Positions 38,701 to 50,597 of a DNA stretch of 64,000 nt are shown in pieces. The stretch's first letter is position 1. Each line of letters begins with the position of its first letter. The stretch lies in contig JAAILG010001558.1 in assembly GCA_012026655.1 (NCBI GenBank), forward strand, positions 1 to 64,000. Direction: 5' to 3'. The DNA is from Hydrolagus affinis (taxonomy: Eukaryota). The position numbers were made by a program, and so were the translations under genes. The notes under the pieces are model-generated. The model was not told the DNA's origin. It did no database searches and saw nothing but the letters and a program-made list of their open reading frames with translations.

Positions 38701-39964
38701 AGACTAATAAGACAGAGAAATAAAACAGAAAAAACACGCAAGGTGGTGAGAATGAAAAGTGAAACGGAAAGCTATAAATGAGCAATACGGAGAGAATAAT
38801 GAGAAATAATGAGATGTGGAATCATATAATATCCAAATGGATTGCAATCCACCAAATACTTTACTCTCTTTTTAGGTCCATCAGAAAAAATATTTGCTTT
38901 ATGCTTCTGATCATTCTCATTAAATTAAAGTTCTTCATCATGCTCCAGTATTTAAATGTCAATTGTGTATTAATGTGGCTATCCTTGTGGCAACTACTTC
39001 TGTGCTGGTATGGGATTTAGCACTCAAGCTAATTGAGTAAGAGCTTCAGAAACAGCCTTTGTCATTCAGAGTAAACAAAATCGTATTAACTAAAGGACAT
39101 GAACATTGATTAATGCAGCAGCCACCCACCCACCAGACAATTTTTTTTTGAGAAACCTACGCAAAATATTGAACTGGCAGAGATGAATGAGTTGAGGAGG
39201 CAGTTAAGCTAAATGAATCACATTTCTGTAAATTTGGGATCACATGACATCTGAACCTAAACTTCTCCTGACAAGTTACCAAAGTTTGTACCACAATCGG
39301 AATCACTATAAACACAACCAGAATGTACATTGCCAAAATGTTGCTATCTGTCAAGAGTTCTAACTGTGTTTACCCTGCATTCGGCTTGCAGTACAGCTCC
39401 CAGCAGCAACCCTTCCTTTGGCAGCAGAACATCCAGAAAAAGAAAACAACAGCACTGCTATCTCCACAAACCATGCTCTCCTGAAGAGGTGTTTTCTATT
39501 CACCTTGGAAGGCAACAATCTTAACAGTGACCCCCTGATGCCCCCATTCCCAGCACGCGATGCGTTCTAGATAACAGATGTATAGTACATGGAAGGGTAA
39601 CTTTGGTGATAGATATCTTGTGCGCTGTACAAATGCAAATTGTTGTTTTAGTTGTGTTGTAATAGAGGCTTTGAAAATACACAATCCTATTCAGAGCAAA
39701 GTGATGATGGGCATTCAACCTGTATTACAGTAATACTGTGTATGCAGTTATCTGGCACCTTACACCAAATAGCTATTTTAAATGAATGAGTTGTATGTTG
39801 TACAATGAGTTTGGCAGTTGCTTAACTGTGGTAGAGAACCATACTGGAACATATGAGTCTCCATTAGTTAACCAACTAGAGACAGGAAAGTAGATGATGC
39901 TCTATTATTGGTCTCAGAAGGGATGGTGAGGGTGGTGGTAGTGGGGGATTTATGTTAATAAATA

Positions 39965-40306
39965 AACAGGGAAAAACTGTTTCCACTGGTGGGCGTGTCA
40001 GTGACTCGAGGTCATAGATTTAAAATAGTTTCTGAAAGAAGCAGAGGGGAGGTGAGGAGAAAATTTTTCACACAGGGAGTTGTTCGAATCTGGATTACAT
40101 TGCCTGAAAGGGTGGTGGAGGCCAATTTGATAACAACTTTTAAAAGAGAAGTGGATGGTTAATTGGAGTGGACAGGTTTGCGGGGTTATGGAGAGAGAGT
40201 TGGAGAGTGGGACTGAATTTGAATAGCTCTTTTCAAAGAGCCGGCACAGACTCGATGGGCTCAAAATGGCCTCCCCTTGTGCTGTAAAATTCTATGATTC
40301 TATGAA
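39965..40306 (+). mobile_element. CR1 3' end
   Basis: TRGHRFK...NFFTQGVVRIW remnant; (ATTCTATG)n tail. Confidence 0.85.
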
Positions 40307-43300
40307 TCCTTGATTTGATATGGCACCTTGTCACATCATTGAAACATTCAAAGGCATTTGAATACTAAATAAGTAGTTAACATGCAATACCGGGCTCGGA
40401 GAAGGTGATATAGCATGATAACAGGCCATTCTGCCCAACTAGTCCTTGCTGAATCTTTGCCAGAGGATAGGGAGAGGATAATATCAGTGAACTTGAGGTC
40501 AAAGACAAATTATTAAGTGCTTAGCAGTTGGTAGATAGGGGATCAAGGAAGTAGAGGATGAATTTCATGTAAAAAATGAGGAAACAAGGAGGAGGCAGAC
40601 TTGTCAACCACTTTGTAAGACCTTTGCTGCACCTATCAATTGTGCAAATCTAATTTCCTTTTCTGTCCAAAAATTCAAGTAATTTAACGTAGTCAAGAAA
40701 TTGGAAATTGGTGAACTATATAAGGTATCTGCAGAGCGGAGAAAGAAATCAACCATGATGTTTTACTACATTAAATAATTGATTGGATTAGACCCTGATT
40801 AGACCACAGAGGCAACCCACTCAATGCCTACCCCACTTTGACATAACTTTCCCGCAAAGACAATCCTCTGCTTCCTGCCCTGCAGCTTGTTGCTAATCCA
40901 AATCCATGCTTTACTCTTGATACCCAGATGATCTCACTTTGTAAAGGAATCTCTTACATGACTTTTTTTTAAATTTAAAGGCCATGTGAAAGGCTAGGTA
41001 TACTACATTATGTGGCTTCCCGCTATCGATATTATGCATCATTTAAATTGTCACTCAGGCTTGATGCTTATTTTATGTGAGGAGCAGGTCATAGGCACTG
41101 CAGTTTTGCAATTATGTTGTGGGGAAAGTAAGCTATTGATGTGCTAAATTAGTGAATGCAGTTTGAGCAGTTAATTGAGTGGATGAAGTCGAGGGGGAAG
41201 AAAAAGCTAAAATTAATCTGCATTTGGTGTAGGAATTATCTGGAAGTAGTTATCAGGAATCATTAAAGTAATTCCACAGGAAACAGGAACCTGAGTCTTA
41301 CAAGGACATTGAGAGTCTGCTGGCTGTACATGAGGTTGTTATTATGGTAAACCACATCAGATCTGCATGTTAATGAAGAGGCCACAATAAACCCAAGACA
41401 TATGGACGGCGAAAGACATTACTACTGATTACTGTCATTGGGACAGGAAAAATGGTAATCTGGAGTGACTGAAATGCAAACTATTTAATGTAGTACAACC
41501 TCATGGTTGATTTTTTCTCGGTTCTGCAGATACTTTATACATTACACCAATAAAAGGAATGTGCCAAATTCAACAGTTTAGACCACAAATTTATTTAGTC
41601 TATATGGTCAGATAAGTAATTTTCCATTTTTAAGAAAAATAAAATGGCATATCTTTAATTGATAACACGTGGGAAGGCTTCTAATGCTCTTTGAATGTTT
41701 TCAAACATCATTTGGATGCTTTCAAACTTTTTTAAAAAAAACATCCAAAATCCTCGGTAAAGTGGAGCACTGTACCATTTGGGAACTTTACGGACCGTAT
41801 TGTCCTGGTATTATGGAGTGCTATAAACCTGATATATTCATCAGGATGAGCAGCTGCTTTCCCTGCTATAATTTTACACCACGATACCCTCCCCAACCAC
41901 TTGTCTATTACAGGTGACATGAGTCAGCATGCGTTCTTAACAGTTCTTAACATTCAAGGCAGCAGATTAGAATTCTTGAAAATTTAGGATAAATAGTATC
42001 TGGCCGATTCAGAATTATGTAAAACAGCAATTTCCGATGTCAATGCATATACAGTACCTTCGCCAAGACCAGCATCTACTGAATAATGTATGAATTCATA
42101 TAATAAAAAGCCTAAACCCCATGATTGGTGCAATACACTCGATTGTTATTAGAATATGGTAAGAAGATTCTCTCGGATGACGAGAGGCAAGTGACTTCAG
42201 TGACCTCAGAGAAAAAAAAATACTTGACAATTGACAGAAATAATTTGTTGCAGATCTATTGTAGCAGAAGCTGTACAACCGTGAATTACCAAGCGAAGTA
42301 GACACTTGCACCTGAATCTAAAATATATCTGCGGGAATGTATCCTGAACTTTACCTCAATGTCCAAAATCCAATCAAAACCTGCCAGCACGAGACCCTAG
42401 CAGCTGCAATGTTAGCACCATTGACTGCCCACTGCTCTTTTATTAAAATGGAAAGTAACTTTCCTCATCATTCTAGATATCCTTCACACTCCCGGGTGTG
42501 GCATTGCCAGGAACCAGTATCAGGGAAACATTGGTGAGAGGCCATGCCACTTTAAGACGGAAGAGATTTTGATGACTGCAATAAACATGGCATGTATTAA
42601 TGCAACATCTGCCCGGCTTCTCAATCCTCACCCGCTGGGACAGCCTCTGGAGATTTAAAGCCGTCATTCAAAAAAAGATTGATTGCTGGTGCCAAGCTAT
42701 AAACTCAATACCAATGAGCAATTTGGTCTGCAGGAAAAGCACACTTTTTTTGGGGAGGGGGGGAAATTCCAATTATCGAAGCCCAGGGCCGAACAATGCC
42801 CTGATACAGTCCCGAGAGATCAGCTTTGGTATTGACTCCTATGTCACACTCACCGTCAATACTGACTGGGGTTAATTTGCTGCAACCTCTTGCCGCTGAT
42901 TCTCACTCAGCGATTCCTACACTCATCAATGTTACCCCAACTGACAGCACCAGGAAAGATGCTGGTGTGTGGATTGCCCTTGTGCACACACAATGCAATC
43001 TGGGCAGTGACTGATAATCCAGTGACATACATGAACGGAAAATATTTTAATTCAATGAATGCCCAGATAGACTTTAGGGCTATTGGTGACATTAGGTATT
43101 CCATAAAGTAGTGGGAATTATTATTATCAATAGTAATAATCCATGCGTTTGATGTCCTGAAGAAACCACATCCTCTTCGTATTATCCAGCCAGCGGCCAT
43201 CAATGCATGCTGCTTTGTGGCCACAAGCCTTAAACCTATCTTATAATGGGTTTTAATATCACAAAAAGCACGCAATAAAATAAGGCACACGAGATCTCAG

Positions 43301-44469
43301 GGCAGATTAGTGGTGTTTTGAATAGTGGTATTGTTATGAGAGTCTTTGCACTGGAGATCTGATTTGACCAAGAAAGAGCAGAATTGCTTACATTCATGTG
43401 AAGAATGAGTCCTTTTTTGTTGTTCAGGTGAGTGTCTGACACAAATGGAAATCTATCAACATGCTTAAAAGTATCTAAACCAAATTAAGAATTCCATGCA
43501 TCCCAGCTATACATTTCAGTGTCTGAAACCCCTCCTGTACTTTTATCTAGTACATAACTCCATTAAAAAAAAAGTTGAAACACGTTTTAGCTTATTTTTG
43601 GACACAGAATGGGGCGGGGGGGTGGGGAGGGGGTGAAGAGAATGAGGCAGTCACCCTCCTGGCTATACATAACTTATTACATCATAAAGGAGAAGAGAAT
43701 AAATAGCTGAGGGACTGGGATAAGCAAACTTTCCTCCTTTTCCAGGAAATAGGCGAACCCTTATTTCAAATTATTACTCAGACATTTTGTGCTCCGAAGG
43801 AAATGTCTCTTGATAGCACAAGCTATTGGTTTCCTGTTGTGCACTAACAATTTTGCTGGACAGGAAGGGCAGATCATTGCAGGTCACTTGGAGATCCATG
43901 TTTAAACTTAAGGTTCAAAGCAAGTATATTTAATTTCACTGAAGATTCATAATTATTAATAATAGGAAGAATAAAAAGACATTAATAAGTGTAGTTTCAT
44001 TCAGCCCCAGATTTTATTCTATAGCAGAACTCTTGCTCTTAATATTGATTGTGTTAAACAGGTAATTGCTGTCAATTTGATGCTAATACCCTTTATGTGT
44101 CTCTAACTTTTTCTACTTAAATCTTTTTATAGGCCAATAGAACATTCTTACTACTGTCTATTAAACCTATGTTAGTTATTTACAGGCTTGGATTCTGAGT
44201 ACGTACTGTACTGTAAATTCCCAAGCTCTGCTAAGCACATCAACTCAAAATAGCAGCTTTCTTCCATGAAACGATTAGTGTGAGGAAGATTTTTTTTTGA
44301 AAGCGTACTGGACAAAACAATATATCAAAACAAGTCCATGCTTAAGTAAACAAGAACCGTAGTTTGAAACTGCTGCAAATCTCAGCAATTAAAACTTAGC
44401 TATTGTGTTTGGGAGTTTGGCCGATCTTCCCTTCTCTAAACTGGGTGTGGAGTTAATTACTTGTCACAA

Positions 44470-44825
44470 TGTCTTAGTTGGTAGCACCCTTGCCTCTGAG
44501 TCAGAAGCTTGTGGTTTACAATGCTGGGTGAGCATTTAGCGATATGCTAGAGTGCTGCACCATCAAATATGCCATGGATAAGCCACTCATATGTAATTTT
44601 GTTGTTGTCTGCTTGTTTAAATGGACATTATAGATTCTGTGGCACTTGTTGAAAAGAGAAGCTTCTCCCGGTGTCATTTGCCAACGATCTTCCAGATAAA
44701 ATGAGCCACTGACTACACTGCTGCTTGTGGGACACTGGCAGCCACCTTCACCTGAAAGTTCCCAGTCAGGCCACCAAACAGTGGATCCTGTGAATCGCTT
44801 TGAGACATTTCATCAACATGAAAAG
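44470..44825 (+). mobile_element. Old Deu-domain SINE (SacSINE1/AmnSINE1-like)
   Basis: Head TTAGTTGGTAGCACCCTTGCCTCTGAGTCAGAAG, Deu-like core GAGTGCTGCAC...GTGGCACT...TTCTCCCGGTGTC, tail TGTGAATCGCTTTGAGAC; compared with recalled consensus. Confidence 0.65.
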
Positions 44826-45555
44826 GAAAATGCATCCATCAAATGAAATGACTATTCTGATTACAACAACAAAAACTTTAATTTATATAGCGCCCTCCAT
44901 GCCGGACGGCGTCTCAGAGCACTTCAATGTTAATTAATTTGATTAATGTTGATTGAAGGAACCGATACTGATGCCCCAGCTGAGATCCAATAACAGATAG
45001 AACCTGCCCTTGGACCTTGGATAATTTCCAGTCATTATAGATTAGCTACCTGCTTGCTGGGCTACTTGTTTTTTTTAAAAAAAATTGCTTCCTCTCTCAC
45101 ATTTACTGCTAACTGAACTTGTTTTCTTCATTATGCAATAGTAGAGAGAATTGGCAACAAAGAAAAGATTAGAACTAAATCGAGACATTCAGAAACCAAA
45201 GTTCATCCTTCTAGTAAATCACATCATGGCCTCTAACTATTATCTTGCTTAGTAGATTAATTCAACATTCATCACTCTCAGTGAAGATGTTTTCCTGATG
45301 TTTTCTATTCCAAAAAGTTGTCTCACTGGTTTCCATTTATACCTTCTGATCCTGCTTTTGCTGATGTACTTTGAAGTGACAATCTTGGTTAACAGAACAC
45401 ATATTTTGTATATATTTCAATGAAGTATTGCTCTTAACCCTTTCTTCCCTGACTGGAAAGCTTAGGCTCCTTAGCTCATTCTCATTACTCTTGATGCCAG
45501 TGTTTTGGGTATTTAATGTGCCACTCTAATGAAATAATAACAAGAACTTGCACTT

Positions 45556-45810
45556 GGAGCCCTGTAGTTCAGTGGTTAGGGCACTCACCTTACAAGCATG
45601 AGACCTGTGTTCGAATCCAGGCAGGTCAGAGCAAAACTTTGGGCAAGTTTCCTTACTCCATATGCCTAATAATAATCCCTCGAAAATAATAAAGTCATTT
45701 TAATCCACGACTGTTTGTGGGACTCTGCTGTGCGCAATTGGCTGCTGCGTTTAACCCACAAATATACAGTCAATTCACTTTACAGTTAATTGTAGCACTT
45801 TGAGACGATG
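45556..45810 (+). mobile_element. tRNA-derived SINE, 3'-truncated
   Basis: A and B boxes plus family body. Confidence 0.85.
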
Positions 45811-47254
45811 CCTGGAAGCTGTGAGGGTAGCATCTCAGAGTTCTTAACAGTGGCAGAGCCTGTCTCTGAGCCAGGGTGGTGGGGGGGAGGGGGCGGTGGC
45901 AGGGGGCGAGGGGCGGGGATGGGAATGAGTGGTGGGGGCGCGGAGGTTGGGGGGAAGTGGCCATAAGCACGGCAGAAGAGGAAGGTTTCAAGGTGGGACC
46001 TATTAACCACAATACAGTACCACAATTGTAAACTTATTTTCACACACCACAATTGTGGTATTTCCTAAACACATCCCATTCCATTCTTATTTAAAGAATC
46101 TTGTGTTTTGAATCAATTCCCTGACATCTGAATAGTGGTGCCCAAATTTGGCATACAAATATACAGTCAATTTTCCTACTCTCTTTCCCCCTACCCCGAA
46201 CACCACCTCCATGCTCTGGTCCCTACCTGACTGTTCAGTGCCTTGGGATGTCCTCCTGAAAGGTGAAAGGCGCTATATAAATGTAACTTTGTTGTTGTTG
46301 TTGGTTGACACACCACCACCAAGTGGACATCACTTTGGTTTTGCTTGATCAACTTTAAACACCATCAGATTTATTCAGGTGGTATTTCCAAACTCAATCT
46401 GACTCAGTAGCTTTTGAGTACCAATTTCATGTGCACAATTACTCTGAGTACATTTTACAAATGGTTTTCTCAATCTCTACTGGGAGCGATTTCCATGCCA
46501 TCAGCAGTTTTGCCCACTTTGCAGTTGGTTTCAGTCAGCGAGGAGGTCATTTAAGAAGATTGAATGCAACAATCTGACCCTCGAGTGACACCACTAAGTA
46601 TCCCAACCCTCATCTCTCCCCCTCACCCCACCACCAATGGACATTACACTTCTCTTAAGTGCTCTCGGTTTCCTATTTCAACCAGCTTCTTATTCAGCTC
46701 CATGGATTATGTTTAGTTAATTAAAAAGTCTTGTACATTGAATCATGTCAAAGGTTTTCTGTAAAACCAAATAATCTACATCACGGGAAATGGCAGTATT
46801 TCTGATGGTACAGTTAGAGAATAAAGTTGGTCATTCACTGCATGGCTGTTTATGGCACACTGCTGCGCAGAAATTGGCTGCCAGCTTTGCCTACAAATAT
46901 GGTCACTACATTCTACAGTAAAATTCTGTGAAGTGGTTTGTGACGTCCTCCTGAAATGAAAACATATGTTCGCTTTATCTGTAATATTTTTTTAAGTCAA
47001 GACTTGTCAGGTATGAGCTTCCCCTTCAATATCCTTGGTTGATGTTATGTACTTAGTAAGAGCACTGCTCCAGGCAGCCTCTGGAATGCATTTTATATGC
47101 TATTGATGTTGGCTAATATTATAAAGGCACCTTGATGTAGAACTTGGTCTAACTACTTCATTAACCTGATAGACGTGAGAATCTGGCAACTGACGAGTTC
47201 ACAGATGTTCAAACTGGGGATGAAGATTTTTGAATGCTGGCACATCTGTGCCAT

Positions 47255-48205
47255 GACCTGCTCTGCTTTCTCCACCTCATCACCCAGCTCTGCCACTGAT
47301 GCTCCCCTCAGGCCACTGAAATGCTCATCCACGCATTTATTACATCGAAGCTCGACTACGCCAACCCTCCGCTTATCAGCCTTCCCAACTCTTCCCTCCA
47401 TGAGCTGTAGATCACCTAGAACTCTGCAGCTCATATCCTCTCCTGCACTATGTGACCCCCATCACCCTCACTACGTTGCAGAACAACTTCTATTAGAAAT
47501 ACCTCTGGGATTGGTGCAGTTCAATAAGCCTTGTTTACAATGTAGGGCAAACAGATTCAGTAACACTGACAGGCAAAAAATATTTGTTTCAGAGTTGCTT
47601 TCAAAGTTTTCATTTACTAGCTACCAGGACTCCCAAATGGTTGACGAGAAGAAAATAGCATCTGTGTCATTGGAAACACTGACATGAATGCTATTTCCGT
47701 TTCCCGGGGGTGTTGAGAAAATCTTGAGGTGTATGTATGTTTCCATGCCTCTGGAGGAAACACTGCTGCTGTTGGGAGCAGTACTGAGAGGCTAATGTGG
47801 CAATAGCCCTAAATTAAACAAGTCTTCTGCTCCACTGGCTCCCCATCCCACACAAAATGGAGTTCAAAATCCTCATCCTCGCCTTCAAGGCGCTCCACAG
47901 CCTTGCTCCTTCCTACCTCTGCAACCTAGTGATCCATATCAATCTGTCCTCTCTCTCTGCTCAGCAGGCTGTCCACATTTCTGCCCCTCACCCTTTGGAA
48001 TTCCATCCCATATTCCCTTCGTCTTGCTCCCTCCCTTGCCTCCTTCAAGGTCAAAACCCTCCTCTTCGACTGTGACTTCAGCCATCCTCCTTCCCTCCTT
48101 TCCCTTCATCCTACCAAATCCCAGCTCAGGTCCAGATCCCTGACTGTTCAACACGGGACGCCCTCCCGACATGAAAGGCACTGTACAAATATAATTTTGT
48201 ATTGT
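47255..48205 (+). mobile_element. L2 3' fragment interrupted by about 360 bp of other sequence
   Basis: TSKLDY remnant at 47.3 kb; HWLP...EFKILILAFKALH at 47.83 kb; family tail. Confidence 0.8.
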
Positions 48206-50424
48206 ATGTAGACAAGGATTGTATAAAATATGTTGAAAATAGACACCAATGCCTTGCAGATTCCACTTCTGAGATTGGCTTTCACTTACATGACCTTGGT
48301 GTTAGTGATCTTGATATTTAATGACAGAAGTAAATGGAACCATTCGTCAGCACTGACATCCTTCAACTTGTTGAGAAACGCAAGCTCACTTTCGGGGTAA
48401 GTGGCTGACATTCATTGCATTTCTTTCCTTCCATGAAGATTTCCATTCAGGAAAATTATCCACCAGCTCACCCATTCCAGAAACAATGGGGACAGTGGAT
48501 TGCTCAGTTTATTCCACTGTTAAAAGTGCAGCTCTTCACAAATTAGGTATTTTGCCTATGAAATAAACTGTGTACGTATGAACCATTCTGGATTACATCC
48601 ATAAGGCTTTTCTCCTTTTTTTGGCTTCAGCAAAACAATGTGATGGCACTTAACCACGTCTTCTTCTTGACTTGATTTTCTCTGCTGTTCCTTTCGCCAT
48701 TTGTGGTGTGCTGTGCTGTGTAATCGATGTAATAAATCACTAAAGCTATTACTTCCATTTGACAAGAAACATCTTTGTTACATTCTACTGGGAGCAGCTA
48801 CCATTTGTGTTGTGAATAAACCCAAGTATAACGCCTTGCAATTATAATAGGCCCCAACACCTTGGCACACGTTACACCGAGGAAGAAATATCATATGAAG
48901 TGATTTCCTGGTTTAATTGCTACTTAAAACTATTAAGAAAAATCTTTTGTGCTCCACCATTTGACTACGTGGATTTCTTTTGTAACATGCAGTTTGATGA
49001 TACACATAGCTGCAAGGAGTGGTTTGGATGTTGAAACTGTTCTGTATTTTGGTACAAAGATCTGTGGAAACAATAGGTACGGTTTTCCTGTTGCACGTTC
49101 CCAAACGAAAGTCATAAAATGTACTGCCTAGAAATCCGACATAAAGTTCATTTGTGAAAAAAAAAGATGGCCAAGGTTACTTCTGTTTTGGTGACTTGCC
49201 AATTATACAGTCAGTGCAGATGTTATGGTAAAAGTTCCAGCCGTACCAGTGAGCTGCTGCCAGCTGTTAAATAACTGAGGACACAGTCACTGCAGGAATA
49301 TAGATTGCAGTCAAAATCAAAGTCAGTGTATTCCAACTTTGAATCAAGGCACATTCCTATTTTTTCTGTGTGTGGTGGGGGTGGCGGTGGGAGGTAAAAT
49401 TCTGAGCAATTCTTTCACCAGTGAGGGGGGTGGGTGGGGGGGTTGAAATCACTAAACAGCACAGGTTTTATGCTATGGCTGCATTTAATGCATTTTGACA
49501 TTTGACTAGTTGTTAAAAAACAACTTGCTCGTGAAAGGCAGTCCTGGAACCACACAGCTGATAATTACATCCTGGTTAACAGCATTTGGTTGGATCAAAC
49601 ATTTTCCATCCATTATGATTGAATGAAGTACTATATTGAGGGAAAGGTTAGATTAGTTTAATAGCAAATGAATTGTCTAAACGTTTGATGTTCAAGCTGC
49701 TTTTCTGTATATGAATCAAAGATTATGGGGTTTGGTAGTGTAATTAGTGTAAAAGATTAAGTGAATGTTAAGTGGCAGATTTAAATTGAGTTGCCTGGGT
49801 TCTGTCAAATTAAACTTCATTTTTAATTTTATTTCAAATAGCTTAATTGCTATAAATAACACTGTCTCTGGTTACTAAATGTAAAATGTTCTCTCCTAGA
49901 AAAACCAAACTAGATGACGGCTCAATGAACTTTCAGATTCATCCAGGCTCCACACAGTTTGTAACAGTACAATGGTTCTGCCTTTGTGGAGAATTGTTAC
50001 TTGGTCGGGTCTCTCAGATCATCTGCACACTAATTTGAAAAGGAAATGTGAGTAATGTAGCCGAGAATAAATCAGCTTCAGCTACTTCACTCGACTGAGT
50101 ACTGCATTTGTATCCAGAAGGTTTGGGTTTAAATCCTGGTGGTCTTACTCGAGTCTCCACCTTTTTGAGGTCCAAAAATGAATATGTCTAAACAAACATT
50201 CCAAGGTGGGGGAAGAAAGCAATATATTGTCAGGATCTTCTTAATTATGAATCGTTTCCATAGCTCTAGGTACAGGTATTCATACCAGACAGGGAGTCCA
50301 GGGCATTGCTATAGTTGACCAGCCTATCCAGCTCATCTATGAAACCCAGAGGTAAAAACACTGTATGCCCTCAACCCTGCAAGTTATCAAAGCTATTAAG
50401 CAGGCAGGTTGGTCTTAGTTGGAA

Positions 50425-50597
50425 AAATAATAGCTTTCAAAAGGGAACAAGATAGATACATGCTTAAAAGGAAGCAAACCACAGGGTAATGGGGGAAATG
50501 CCAGGAAAATGGTAGAAAAAGGATTGCTCTCGAAAAGAGCCAGCACAGAAACATGGGCCAAATGGCCTTCTGTGCTGTAAATATCTATTGTTCTATG
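50425..50597 (+). mobile_element. CR1 3' end, short
   Basis: GAGCCAGCACAGA...GGGCCAAATGGCCTTCTGTGCTGTAA...TTCTATG. Confidence 0.7.

Noticed and set aside
47175-47687. 170-aa ORF, and ORFs at 9330-9659, 54689-55122 and 62866-63186
   Set aside because: Read-through of decayed L2 reverse-transcriptase fragments
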